Source: Vicugna vicugna
Lineage: Eukaryota
Assembly (NCBI GenBank): GCA_013265495.1
Contig: MU059990.1
Span: 558,001-622,000 of the forward strand
Reading direction: 5' to 3'
DNA length: 64,000 nt
Shown: positions 51,701 through 63,930 of the stretch, in pieces
Layout of the letters: the number at the start of each line of letters is the position of its first letter
Position numbering within the stretch: position 1 is the stretch's first letter
Position numbers and translations under genes: made by a program
The notes under the pieces: model-generated
The model's database searches: none
What the model saw: the letters and a program-made list of their open reading frames with translations, nothing else
Told to the model about the DNA's origin: nothing

Positions 51701-54700
51701 GATTTAAATTATAATATGCAGAGATATCTCTACTTTCTGGAATAATATTTTATGTAAGGAGTAATTTTTATTATATAGAAGTATAATATATATATACACC
51801 TATTTTTTCTTTTAATTACATCTTTCATGAGTTTAAGAGTTCCCCATGGTTCAAGGATTGCATATTCAAATGTCTCAGTGGCTAGAAAGGTAAAGTGAAT
51901 GAGTGGTCAGGAGCTGAGGGAATTGTGGTGAATTGAAGAATACATGACCCACTGCTTAGAAATAACCAAGGTCAGATTAAAAAAACAGCAAGGTACACAA
52001 TACAATACAAATCATTTCCGTGGACTGTCAGCTTTCAGTCTCCGGCAGGATAAAGCTCACAACACCTCAGCACAGCATCTATGAACCTCTATAATCTGGA
52101 CCCTGCTCAACTCAGCCCTCCCTCTTCCCACTGTGCACTCCATGTCCAAGTCACAGAGAATGACACTCACCTTCCCTAATGCATCACTATGTTGTTTGGT
52201 GGCTCCTCTGGACTTTCACAACTTTTTCCACCTGGAATACCTTTTTGCTGTCCTTAGCAGACCCCTACTCCATACTCTCCTGAGAGATCTCAGAGCTGGA
52301 CTCTGAATCCAAGAGCCTCGTTTCCAAGACAACTGCCTCAATTCCAAGACAATCTCACCACACTGATCTCTTTATCTACCAATACCATCCCTTAAACTCC
52401 TTCTCTTTGAAAGAAAATAGAGACTAGAAACTGGAGAGCAGTTAGGAGACTGTTATAATAGACTTGGGAAAAAATCACGATGAATCAATGAATGACCCCT
52501 GATTACAGATGACCCTTGAGTAACACTGGGGTTAGTTGGCATATAATTTATATTCTGCCCTCCATATCCACTGTTTCTCTGCATCCACAGATTCACCCAA
52601 TGGTGGACTGTGTAGTCCTATAGGATTTACTACTGAAAAATGTCTGCATAGAAGTGGACTAGCGCCATTCCAGTCCATGTTGTTCAACTGTAACTGGTTG
52701 AATAAATGAATGAATCATGGCCAAGCTCCCTGCTAGCTCCATCACTCAGCATCTGGCTTGGCTCTTATACAACCTTCCTTATTCCCACATTGTCCTCTCC
52801 ACCCCCATATTCTTTGATTCTCTGAGTCCTAAGACTTGGGATATTTTTAGATTATGGGGAAGAAGACTGTCACCCCTGGACCCTTCTAGGTTCAGACTGT
52901 GATCCTTGCTTCTTCCGAAGCTCTCTTCCTTTGGGACAATCCACTTTGGGGCCTACTCATCTCTGCCTCTCTTCTCTACCAACCTTTTTTCAACACCAGA
53001 TGCCTAGATGCCTTCTCTATGTGCCTTTCCGTTCCAACCCCTATCCCTCCAGGAAAACAATTTCTAACCACTTACCTCCTCCCCATCTTAGGCAACGAGC
53101 CAGATCATTTCCAGTGCCCAGGGGCAACACAGCAACAGGAGGCACAAAAGGCAAGTTGGCTTTGTCTGGGGAGGCAGGTGAGGAGTTGAATAGAGGGAGT
53201 TAGCTCTGGAAGGCCACTGCCCCACGCCCTGCCCGGAGCCTCTCCCTTCACTGACCAATGGTCTCCAAAATCCAGCCTACTGTGCCATCTCCACCACACA
53301 CCAAAATCCGGTAATCAGGAACCTCTCTGAAGAATCTGAGTCTAAGACAAAAGGCGAGAGAGAAGATGAGGAAGGACGACAGCACTGAGGCTACCCAACT
53401 CCTGGACAGGCAGAGGACTTCTTGTCTCTCATTCCTTACAACCCCCTTCCCCTTCGTCCAAAGACTTTTTTCTATTAAGGGCAGGGAAAAGTACAATGGG
53501 GAAGTTATAGCCATTCCTCAGTGGTGAGGGAGAAATTGGCATCTACATCCTTTGCGAGCAGAACAAAGATAAGCCGGAGAATTCAGAAGTTGGGATACCC
53601 AGTTAGAGCAGCATTCGCAAGTCTGGTTTCTTGGCTCCCCTAGCCCTCCCCTCGCAACATGTACCCTTTCCTGCTCTCTTCCAACACCGACAGGCAGACA
53701 CAAGCAGACACTGTGACACAGCCCCTAACTACACTCACCCTGGCTCAGGACCATCCTTTAGGAGGTTGAACACCTGTCGAGGGTTTAGTAGATACTGAAA
53801 TTTCCAGAGCACCCTGTGTGGGGAAAAAGGAAAGATCATGGCAGGGGATATTCTGTACCCCACTCTCTTGATGCCCTCCTCAAGGTATGTCCCTTTCATA
53901 CACACAGATTCCCAACGTCTCCATCTTAGAAGACCCAGTATATCTCCTCACCTCTCCCCTTGCTTCCCGCCACTCTTGGGGTTGACAAAGACCAGAAGTG
54001 GGTGAGTGTTAGAAACAGGGTCAATCTGCATTGAGGGAAGAAAACATTGAGGGATAAGGAAAGCAGACTTTTGTCAGAGTTGGGATGGGCCCTGGAGACA
54101 GGGGCAGAGGCTGGCATTCTCAAGAGGCTTTCCCCTCCCCTACCAGGTGGGGCTTCTGCAGAGTAGGCACCATTCCCCAGGCTTCCCACTTCATCCCCTC
54201 CCATGAGGGCTCTAGTGAAGAAAAACTGGCCCCCAAGACGAAACTCAAGCCTCTAACCCCTTACCCGCAGAGCCTCAGAGGGGCTTAAATTTATATCATC
54301 TATGGTCTTCTGGCTTGTTTTGCTAATTTTACGCTCCTGTCCAGAGACCTAGGAAGGGAGTGAAACAGAAGGAAGAAAAACTGGATTGTATGAATCCATA
54401 AGCAGATGAGAGTCTGACTTGAATTCTAAAAGTACAGGCTTTCTGCTCTAAATGGCACTGTGTGTATGCATCTGTGTTTAAATTAGGGGAGCACTCCTGT
54501 CCTCTCCCAGCCGCTGCCCAAGGGTCTCACCAGGACGCCGGGATAGATGGAAGATGGAGGCAGGATGTGATCACGGAGCAGCCCACAGTCACACTCAGGG
54601 CCCATGGCTGGCAGGCAGTCATCATGGATCTGAAACACAGAGTAGGCATGGAGAGATGGTGGAGGGAATCCTGTCACCTCTCAACTTGGGGTCTGGTACT

Positions 54701-57700
54701 GACAGAGAGCCCTTGGGAGTAGGGCAACTGTGACAGTAAGGGAGACATGCTGCTGGAGGAGGCGCGTGGAAAGAGGGCAGCTTAGGGAGGGGCCCCAAAG
54801 CAAGGCTGGAGGGGTAGCTCCCAAACTGACCTCTAGATGGCACCACACACAATGCAGGCCAACCAGACTGTGATAGATTCGGATCTTTTTCTGACAGCGG
54901 TCACATCTTCCCGATTCACAGCCTCCTCGCACCCACACGTGTGCCTGGACCTTGGGGAAGAAGGCAATCTCTTGTCCAAGAGGGTCTGAGCAGGGACTCC
55001 GGGAAGGGCTGAGGGCAGCAACGGGCCAAGAGCCAGGGCCAGGGCCAGGATGCTGGTGGTGACTGGGTGGGCATGGCGTCACTTACACCAATGTCCTTCC
55101 GAGACTTGGCATAGGTGCTGACTTCACAGGGCAGGGCCCTCATGGCGCACTGGTCGTGAACGACGTATTTACAGACTAGGTGAGAGGGAAGAAGGTCAGA
55201 GCCTTTGCTGCAGCCCCTCCTCCCTCCTTACCTGGGGGTGAGGCAAGATCACCTACTGAAACGATACATATAACCCCTTGCTCTGAGGGTACAGTAGAAA
55301 AGCTTGGGGTGGGTGCTCACCTCCCACACGTGTTCCTTTTGCTCACTCTTCCCCCTCAAAGAGCAATTGCTACCCCATACCAAATCCCACTCAATTGATG
55401 TGCCAGGAACTGAACTAGATGATGTAAAGGAGGCCCAGATAGAACAACAACAACAAAAAGAATAAAAGTAGCCAATTTTTATTGCAGACTTAATAGTGTG
55501 TACATGCACTGCATGAGGCACTTTTCTTGCATCAACTTACGTAATGCTCACAATTACCTCATTTTCAGTCAAAGAAACTAAGACTTAAAGAGGTTATGTG
55601 GCTTCCCCAAGGTCACATCACTAATCAGTGGCAGAGCCTGGGATTCAAACCCAGGTCTCTCTAAGTTCAGAGCGTTGTGTTCCCACAGACAGCTGGGCTA
55701 CCCCTCTGCTCCCATGCCCTGAGGTCCCATCACTCACGGTTACAGCTCAGCCCCTGTTTGCCAAGACCAATGCTCGATTCGCATAGGTTGCAGTAGACGG
55801 GTCGGGGGAACCTCTTGGGTCTCCACATGTGCTGCCCATTGTCCTTCAGGGTCTGGGAGGGCACAGCAGATGCTGGGGAGTGTCTAAGCTCTTAGAGGGC
55901 CAACCTCTGACAAGCACAACCCAAGGCAACCGTGTTACTCACCCTCACAAGTCTCCCCTACTCACCATCTCCAGACCCAGCAGCACTAGCAAGGGCACAG
56001 TGGTGGCCCCAGCCCGGAGCCACTCAGCTAGCGAGACGGAGCCACTGCCATCATAGTCAATCTCTTTCATCATCTCCTGAAGAATCTGAACAGAGAATGC
56101 AGGTGGGGGGGACTTTTGGTATGAGTAGTCCCTCAGATCTGACACTTCTCCATTGCCCCCTAGGACACCCAGGTTAGCCATCCTAGCCAAGGGCACCAGC
56201 CTGCCTGTCAGTGATGAGGTAAGGGAGACGTGGGACTCATCAGGGAGAAGGTATAAGAAGGGCCATGCAGGAAGAGTTGTCTTACCGGCCTCAGCTCAGA
56301 CACATCCCAATCCAGGTATTCAGCCACTCGCATCATCTGTATGATGATTTTGTCCACTTCCTGGGGGCCAAGAGGGTAAGAGCCACAGCCATATCTCCCC
56401 TCATTACCAGCATCCAAACTCTTCTCTAGAAATCAGGGCTTCTAAGTTCCACCCGCAGACCCCCTCTAATCCTCAGGTGCCTCTGTCAAGTAAATGAGTG
56501 TCTATGTGAGTTTGTATGTGTGCAAGGCAGCCCCCAGTTCATGTCTCCAGCATCCTCTTTTGGGAGTCAAGAGCTTGGGACCTACTCCCAAATTTAGCCC
56601 TAAAGGACTCAACTTCTCCCTCTAGCTTCCTCTGCTTCTTAAGATCCTGGAAGAGTTGGGAACAGGAGGGCACAGACAAATGGACACATACTCCCTTGCC
56701 CAGCATACAGGTCCCCCAACTCACTGAGCTGTCCAGGATCCCATTTCTGTCCGTGTCGTACAGCTTGAAGGTGACTGTGGGGTGTTTCAGGGGGCCAGGG
56801 TCAGTTTGTGAGGAATACCCAGAGAATTCATAACAGAATACAGGGAAAACAAAGAGATAAGGAGGGACATTTTGGATGAACAACCAGGACTTGGGGCTGA
56901 GACTGAGACAGGAGACAAACAGGGAGGGGAAACAGGCCTGGATGCTACCCTGGGTGGACCTGACAGGGGAGACAGTAGACACCTCCCACATCCCAAGAAC
57001 ATCCCAGGCCACCCACGTGAAAATATATAAGACACGGGGACTGGGGTGACTATGGTGGATGGCATTACGTATAAGGAGTCTGGGGGAAGAGAGGAAATGG
57101 GCCCATTCTCTGGCCCCACCTTTGTCTGGCCCTGTCAGCCTTTAGGAGTCCTGAAAAAATGAGGGAAGGAAGGCTGGGGAATACCTTCCCTCCCTTCACC
57201 TTTCCTCCCCTCTCCCAGTTCTGAATGGCAACTCACATTCTAGCTTGTCTTCCGGCCGGCCACCCTCCAGAAGGGAAAAGTAGCAGGAGACATCGCTGAG
57301 ACACACCACATCTGGGTACAAAAAGTACAGCAGATCTGAGGTTGCAGCTGCCTCCACTCTGGCTCTTCTCTTTTCCCTTGTTCGTTCCAACTCTTCCCTT
57401 TAACTTTCCTCCCTCCAGCTCCTAGACCTGTCTGGCCACTCTCCACCTCTCTCCTCTTACCCTGCCCCCAACATGTGACTCAATTCAACTCTCACCCCAG
57501 AACTCACACTTAATTTGTTCTTCCAGAGGCCCAGCCCAGTCCTACCTACGTGACCATACCTTGTTTTACAGTCTCTTCTAAGCAGTAACCGGTCTGGAAG
57601 GATTGAAACAGTGCCTCGCTTATGTGACTGGGAACATTATCCACCTCCAGATAGATTTTCAGGAATTGCTGGAATCCCTCGTACCCAATGGCCTATGATG

Positions 57701-58587
57701 AGAGCAGGCATTACCCTGGGGGAGTCTACAGGACGGGAGTTGGGGACTGACGAATCAAGAGTGGTGGGGACAGTGACAATAAGTGCAGAGTTGAGAAGCA
57801 ACCAAAGCGGGAATATGGTTTCTTGGGCTAAGGTCTGAGTTAATGGAATCTCTTGTTTTGTCCCAAAGCAATAGCTGCCATGACAGTGGGCACTGGGGAA
57901 TCTAAAGAGGACAGCAAGGATTGGGCTCAGAATAATCCCTGGAAGTTGGCCATCACAATGCAGTAGCAAAAACAAAGATGGGAGGAGTTGGGGATGGAGA
58001 GGATTTCCCAGCTGCCACTCACATCTCCTTGGAGATATTCAGCCATTTCACCATCCTCAAAGAGTTTTAGGACATCACTGACCTTTTTGGTGGAGTCTAG
58101 GGTGTGAAGAGAGTGAGAGTAGAGCATTAGTCTGGTTCAGTTCTCCCTGTCCTCTGCTAGATTCTTGCCGAGACAGCCAAAAGGAAAGAAGTTTCCAGTG
58201 AGAAGAAAAAAGAAGAGATTCCAAAAAGAAACACAGAAATACAGAGAGAAAAACAGTTCAGATCCTCCAAGGTGGTTGCCTTCTTTACTTCTTTTCTCTG
58301 AGACTCGGAGCCAGAGGTCAAGGTTCAGAGAAGGTGGGCAGAGAGCTGAGACCCCAGGCATCTCCCCATTTCCCTCTCCTCCCCTCTCCAGCCAGGCAGA
58401 TCTCAGCAGCACACTGTCTCAGGGCCGCTGGAGGAAACAGGGGGTGTTGGGTGGGAATGAGGAGGAGAAGGGATTCTTTAACAGTGAGGTCCCCAGAACT
58501 GAAGGGCTGAGAGGAAGACTCACATTCCATGTATGTTTGCAGCTGGGCAAAATCACTGGGGCTTATTAGGCCCCTTTCCTTGGCCAT
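45789..58587 (-). CDS. DGKA: Diacylglycerol kinase alpha, 734 aa; 23 coding exons: 58524-58587, 58023-58096, 57560-57692, 57237-57311, 56725-56774, 56286-56360, 55966-56085, 55738-55852, 55087-55175, 54831-54950, 54531-54629, 54265-54348, 53952-54025, 53739-53813, 53256-53341, 53076-53165, 47707-47867, 47391-47455, 47101-47191, 46619-46817, 46391-46511, 46137-46197, 45789-45872
   Basis: Exons sum to 2205 nt, in frame with GT-AG junctions. [19 protein letters not shown]-hands ([18 protein letters not shown]), two C1 domains, [33 protein letters not shown]-terminal [13 protein letters not shown]. Confidence 0.97.
48130..50180 (+). mobile_element. Old degenerate L1 (L1M) ORF2/3' region in the long DGKA intron
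   Basis: A-rich with L1 ORF2-like text (aaatgggcaaa...cacagaagaaatacagatggccaat...aaagatgttcaa; gagccagcaattccacttctagaaat). No open frame. Boundaries approximate. Confidence 0.8.
50432..50909 (+). mobile_element. MaLR solo LTR (MLT1 family)
   Basis: TG...CA ends; gatgtgattaaattaaggattttaagatggggagattatcctggattatc, ccagaactggaagagaataaatttgtgttgttttaagg, cactaataca. Confidence 0.88.
50910..51370 (+). mobile_element. L2 LINE fragment (continues about 50200-50430 on the other side of the LTR)
   Basis: ctcaactcagtacgtccaaaattgaaccc...aatccattagttaccaaatgttgtggcttctacctc, L2-like. Boundaries approximate. Confidence 0.65.
52545..52696. mobile_element. Tigger-type DNA transposon relic
   Basis: gccctccatatccactgtttctctgcatccacagattcacccaa...aagtggactagcgccattccagtccatgttgttcaactgtaactg resembles Tigger/MER ends. 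Confidence 0.7.
55480..55672 (-). mobile_element. MIR SINE
   Basis: aaagaaactaagacttaaagaggttatgtggcttccccaaggtcacatcactaatcagtggcagagcctgggattcaaacccaggtct. Confidence 0.85.
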
Positions 58588-58959
58588 CTTTCTTTTTTTC
58601 CTAAGGATGGCTGCAAAGGCAGCTTGGTAGTAGTACTTCCGGTTCCAAAGGTAGGTCTGGAGGAAGGTAACAAAAGCATGTGGCAGGACTAGCCAGCTGT
58701 CTGTGCCTCTTTGCTTCCAGCTACTCTGTTCATTTTCCACTGCTACTATAATTTCTGTTCTTTCCTCGTCTCTGAGTCCCTCCCTAAGTCTCTTCCTTTC
58801 CCTGTGTTCCTCTCCCCTATGTCTCTATCTCTCATTGACAGTGTCTGTCCTCTGTCTCTGTTTCTCTGTCTCATCTCTGACTTTCTCTCCAACATTTCTG
58901 GATCCCTCTCCAGCTCGCTGATTTCTCCCCTAATTTGATTCATCCCTGACCACCCTCGC

Positions 58960-59400
58960 CTCCCGCGCCCCAGCCCCGCGTTCCCAGGCTGTATCTGTCT
59001 CTGTGAGCGTGTCCCTCTCCTGCTTCTACCTTTTCTCCCTCCACCCCCAGTCTCTGCGGTCTCTGCCGGGCCTGCGCTCCGTCCCATCTCCCTTCGGATC
59101 CCGCGGTCCCGGCCCTCCGGCGGTTCTCACTGAGATGGCGGAACGCCTCCCTGGCTGCGACCCCATCTTGCTCCGCCTCCAGCCTCGGTCCCCAGCCCCA
59201 GTCCCCAGCTCCGCTCAGCCACCCACTCCCAGAGCCACCCACGCCCCGCAACGACCTCTAGCGCTTCTGACGCGCGCGACACAGAACCAGCTCTCGCCGG
59301 GTCCGACCCCGGCCCCGCCTCGCCTCCGCCCTGCAGAGCTCCACAGGGGAAGGGCGGGGACCCAGGCAGAGAGGTTGGGAGGAGGCAGGGGAGGAAGGCG
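58960..59400 (-). promoter_or_regulatory. DGKA: DGKA proximal CpG island with a candidate alternative first exon (donor ATCTCA|gtgaga at 59131/59130)
   Basis: CpG-rich, GC boxes near 59312-59358, consensus donor about 470 nt upstream of the exon 2 acceptor at 58656. Confidence 0.7.
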
Positions 59401-59639
59401 CTGAGCATCTGCCTGGCTTCTCAGTTCCAGGAGGGTTGTGCTGAGGGCGGGAGTCTCTGATGCGGGGTTCCTCCTTCCATTCCGCTAGGTTAGCAGTGTT
59501 TGGGGAGCCCCAACTTTCCACTATGGGACTCAGGGACCAAGGAGGGGCCACCATGTGGATCAGGCTGACCACTGACCCAAGGGCCAGGTTGCAGAGGGCA
59601 ACTTGCCTTGAGGATTCAATAACAGCAATAACAATAATA

Positions 59640-59875
59640 TCTTACAGTATTACAGTACAGCACCACTTTGGAGTCAAACAAAACTGGGGTTAGTCATATT
59701 TGGGTCCCATTCTTAGCTCTGATACCACTGTGGAACTTGGGCAAATTACATCTATAAAATGGGGCGAATGATACCCAATTTCATAGTTGCAAGGATTAAG
59801 TGAAATAACGTATGAAAAGTACCTAGTATAATGCCTGGCATATAGAAGACTTACAAGGAATGGTAGCTATTATTG
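59640..59875 (+). mobile_element. MIR SINE
   Basis: ggaacttgggcaaattacatctataaaatggggcgaatgatacc...aggattaagtgaaataacgtatgaaaagtacctagtataatgcctggcatatag. Confidence 0.85.
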
Positions 59876-59989
59876 TATTAACAAATAAAATCAAATTCTA
59901 GGAGGGAATTATTGGTATAGCCATCCTACAAATGAAGAAATGGGAGCTCAAAGAGGCTGGGACTTCCCAAGGCAGGTGATAAGCAGAGG

Positions 59990-60450
59990 AGCCAAGGCTC
60001 TAACCCCAAAACTGCATGACGGGGTTCATGCCTGTCTCTCTGTCCTCCTCTTGTTCCACTGTCCCCTTCACACACTGCCTTCTAGTCTCACTACCTTCCT
60101 TTTTCTTCCGCAAGCACTTCAAATCCTTTCTGCTCAGGGCCATGACACTGACTGTTCTGTCTGCCTGGAACACCCTTCCCTACTCTTAGCAGAGCTGACT
60201 TCTTGCCTAATCTCAAATGTCAGCTCCTCCAGGAGGACCTCCCTGATCATTCTGTCGTAAGTTGCCCCTCTCCTTTGCACAGCATCCTCCTTTGTTTCCT
60301 TCTGGGAGCTTATCACAAGTGGAAATTGTCTTGCCAATGCATTAGCTTCTTTATTTATTGTTTGTTTTCTCCTATCAAAATGTAAGTTCCACAGGGCAGG
60401 GACTTGTCAGTCTTTTTCACCACTGGATCCCCAATACCTAATGCCCATCT
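59990..60450 (+). mobile_element. L2 LINE 3' fragment
   Basis: ctcaaatgtcagctcctccaggaggacctccctgatc...aatgtaagttccacagggcagggacttgtc...ggatccccaatacctaa. Confidence 0.8.
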
Positions 60451-61189
60451 TGTTGCAAATGTTCCATACTGATTGTGCAAATAGTTGTGTAAAGTTAAGG
60501 AATCATATTTGGGGACCATGAATCAAAATATGGTTAAATGGGATGCCAGAGTATCCATCCTGACAATCAGGGGAATATGAGACAATCTGGAGCACATACA
60601 GTAGGTGCTAAATAACTATTTGTTAAATGAATAAATGATGCTAGAAAGTACTTATTGTGGTACTCCACCCAAGGCTCTGACCTTCTATCTCCCCTCTGCC
60701 CATTTATTGAGGGTTGTTGGGTCAGGCTTAAGGAAGCAGTTAGGGCCTACTAGAATTTCCTTTCTGATGATGCAAGAACCTTCTCTGTAGCCTCTGCCCT
60801 TGGGACATCTTTGCTGCTCACTGCTGTGTAGTATACTATTCCCGTTCTGGAGGCTCTCTGGGAACACTTAGAAGGGGATTCTGGGACACAGATATTCTGG
60901 AGAAAGGACTCCACCCTTCTGGTCCTTTCAATGACTATAATCCAACTTCTACTGCCAACGGATCTAATGAATACATAATAGTCTTATGGCTAATGGGGCC
61001 TGTATGGCTTAATTAGCCTCTCTGATTACCCCTGGGATTCTTAGATGGCTCCAAGCTTCTAGGAAATGAAATCTGAGAGAGAAAGCGACAGGGAGAGAGC
61101 AAAAAAGGACAAACAGGAGAGAGGACACAATACTTCTCTCTTGCCTCTCTTTTCACAATAACCTTCCTACCCCCCTAGATCTTAAATGT

Positions 61190-61400
61190 AGTATTCAGTA
61201 GAGGTTAAGAGAATGGACTTTTGAATTAGATAGAGGTGGATTGGAATGTTAGCTCTTGGGTGAGTTATTTCATCTCCCTGAAATTGTTTCCTCACTGGTA
61301 AAATGGGTGTCTAGACAAATTAGTCACAAATTGGGGATTAATAAGGTAATACATGCAATATACTCAGTAAATTGCATGGCACAGAGAAAGAAGGCAATGA
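61190..61400 (+). mobile_element. MIR SINE
   Basis: agaggttaagagaatggacttttgaattagatag...ttgggtgagttatttcatctccctgaaattgtttcctcactggtaaaatggg. Confidence 0.75.
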
Positions 61401-61462
61401 ATATTATTATTATTATTATTACTACTACTACTACTACTACTACTACTATTAATTATTATTAT
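61401..61462. repeat. Compound (ATT)n(ACT)n trinucleotide microsatellite
   Basis: atattattattattattattactactactactactactactactactattaattattattat. Confidence 0.95.
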
Positions 61463-62849
61463 ACAAGGGTGGTAGCTAGAGAAACACATCTGGAGATTAG
61501 GAAAAATAATGCCTTGGACCAGGAAGGCATAAATTCTAGGGACTCCCAGCAGCAGTTGTATACCTTCCCTCTTGTGTCATATCTCAGGCACAGACATGTA
61601 GTATCAGGATCCTGCACTTTGCCTCTGGGAGTGTGAGGTGGTGGCTATAGAAACTAGACTGTCAGGGTCCAAGGACATCCCTGGGCTGAGACACTGGCCA
61701 TAAGGGCTTCTGGGGTTTTTTTTTTCAGCTGTCCAGGGTCTTAAAAACCTGGAATGAGTCCAGTTTTGTCCTTCTCCATCCCAACCCCGAGGCTATAACC
61801 TGGGCTAGTTCAGGCGAGTGCCAGGGCTGGGAGGGCGGGGTCTGCTGCCCGCCCGCCAGCTATTTGTGACTCACGCTTCCCTTCTCTCCTGTTTTCCCTG
61901 CCTGCCCCTACAAACTTGGGGGTCAGAAAGTAAGAAGTTGACTTGGAGGCAGAGTACCCTGAACATCTTTAGAGCTGGGAGGCACCAACTCTCTTATTTT
62001 ACAGAGGAGGAAACTGAGGCCCAGAGAAAAAGCAGCTCTTTCAGGGTCACACCCAGACTCGAGACATCCTGTCCTTAGTCCATTCGATTAAATCTTAGTG
62101 CCTCTGGTCTTCTAGATGTTATTTTAAACATGAAAATTACTGGTAACCAAGAGATAAATATGATTTTTAAAACCAGTGCTAACATTTCAAGTTTCCTTCT
62201 TCATTTTAACATTCATTGCTAACATTCCAAGTCATGTCGGTTTACCATTACTCAAGAATCAGCTATGCCCCCGGAACACTCAGGCTGACCCAGCAAAACA
62301 CCCCAAGGAGCAGGCACTCCCCTGATCACCTGGACTTCTGAATCCCTTCACCACACCAGGGCTTGCAACCTCCTCCTCTTTCTTAAGACCGAGAGAAGGT
62401 CTCATCTTTACTGCCCATTCCTGCTATCCATCAGTGGCTCCTAGAGGGAATCATTTGGCTTGAAGCCTCAAAATGTGTTAGGCCTCCACAAACGTCGCAG
62501 ATGGTAGTGTTGCTTGTTTAGGAGGGTGGTGTGTGCATGTGAGTGTGTCTGTGTAGGGGGGTGTCATTATGTGGTACAGGAGGAAGTTACGATGTTGGCA
62601 TGGTTGGGGGATGTGGGCTCATATGTTATGAGGTTGAGGAGATGCCCAGTAACATTTGCATTTCTTCCCGGCAAAGTTCATTTCCCCCATTTAAAAGAGA
62701 AAAGTGGGATTCAGACCCAGGGAGTTTCAGAAACTTCCCGGTGACAGGTGTGGAAAGGAGATGGGTGGGAAGTTGGAGACCAGGAGGCCAAACAAGAACC
62801 CTTCTCTACCCGTGCAGCTCTGTGGAGGTTCCAGAACGGACTTTCCTCC

Positions 62850-63330
62850 GACTCGCGTCCCTAGGAGCCGGCTTCAGCATCCGTCCGAGTGATCGGGAGA
62901 GATGCGGGGGAAGGTCTGGGGGAAAAGCAGCCTACGGGGTTCTGAGCCAGCCCTCCCGCTGCCCCGAGCTCCTGGCGCAAACCCTTCTAGCTGCCCGCTC
63001 CAGCTGTCACGCTTCCTCCTTCTCGGCCCAGCAGCCCTACCCACCCCAGCCCCTGGGGCGTCCCCTCCCGTGGCCCCTGCCCCCGCCTGCTCCGGAGCGG
63101 GAGGACTGGAGGCGGCAGGGGGCTCGCGGGGTCTCTACCTTGCCGGCGGAGGGCGCGCGGTCGGAGCTGGAGCGCCGGCGCGGGAGCTGGAGCCTGAGCT
63201 GGGCTGGAGGGGACGGGCCAGGCAGACGCGGCCGCCGCGGGGCCGCCCCGCTCCTGACGACACAGCTGCCCGCCCCGCACCCCGCCCCGCCCGCCCGCTC
63301 CAGCTCCCGGCGCCCCCAACTTCGGGAACT
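62850..63330 (-). promoter_or_regulatory. DGKA: CpG island, probable DGKA distal promoter (candidate donor CAAG|gtagag at 63139/63138)
   Basis: Highly CpG-rich, about 4.5 kb upstream of the DGKA ATG. A shared role with the neighbouring PYM1 gene cannot be assessed from this window. Confidence 0.6.
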
Positions 63331-63930
63331 TCTAGTTCACCAGACCCGAGTCTCTCCTCCCCCGAATATCTCCAGGGCTCTGATTTGTGCCACTTTCTCT
63401 ACATTCCTGAGCCACTCATTCCTGCCCCGATATAACAGCTCTGTTTTTTATCTTTCAACCACTCAAAACCGCTCCCCGCATCCCCAACCCCTGGAGGCCA
63501 AGGTTGGAGGCGGGGTAACTGATGGGACAGCTTGTCAGTTGTCCACCCAACTAGCATCTCACCCTCTCCTAATTGCTGCCACCTGGGGACTTCTCTTCCC
63601 AACTCCTTTCCATCCACCATGAATTGAATTCATACTCAGGAGATGCTGTAGCAGCAAGGCCAGAGTTCCAGACTCCACATCCTAAAACCACTCACTCACT
63701 CTGCCACCATGGGCTCCACTGCTTGACACTATCTGAGAGAATCTGGCCATTTTGCCTCCTCACCTAGGTTAAACCCAAACCCTAGATGTCAGGGATTTGT
63801 TTTCCCCAGGCTAAGGACATCTTCTCTCAAGACTCAGATTCTTCCCTTAATTCTCGGGTTGAGGTTTAGGTGCAAACAGCATTCTGGTCTGCGTCCACCC
63901 TTTCTTCATGCCCGAACCCTCCCACTTTAC

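Noticed and set aside
58588-58740. Unspliced upstream in-frame ORF (MENEQSSW...) listed in the ORF track
   Set aside because: Its first 28 codons lie upstream of the 58656 acceptor, in intron sequence. The spliced extension from 59166 is the better-supported model.
62543-63622. 359-aa plus-strand ORF (and overlapping 177-aa ORF)
   Set aside because: It spans a GC-rich CpG island where stops are scarce, has low-complexity Pro/Arg/Gly/Ser content and no recognisable domain. I could not match it to PYM1.
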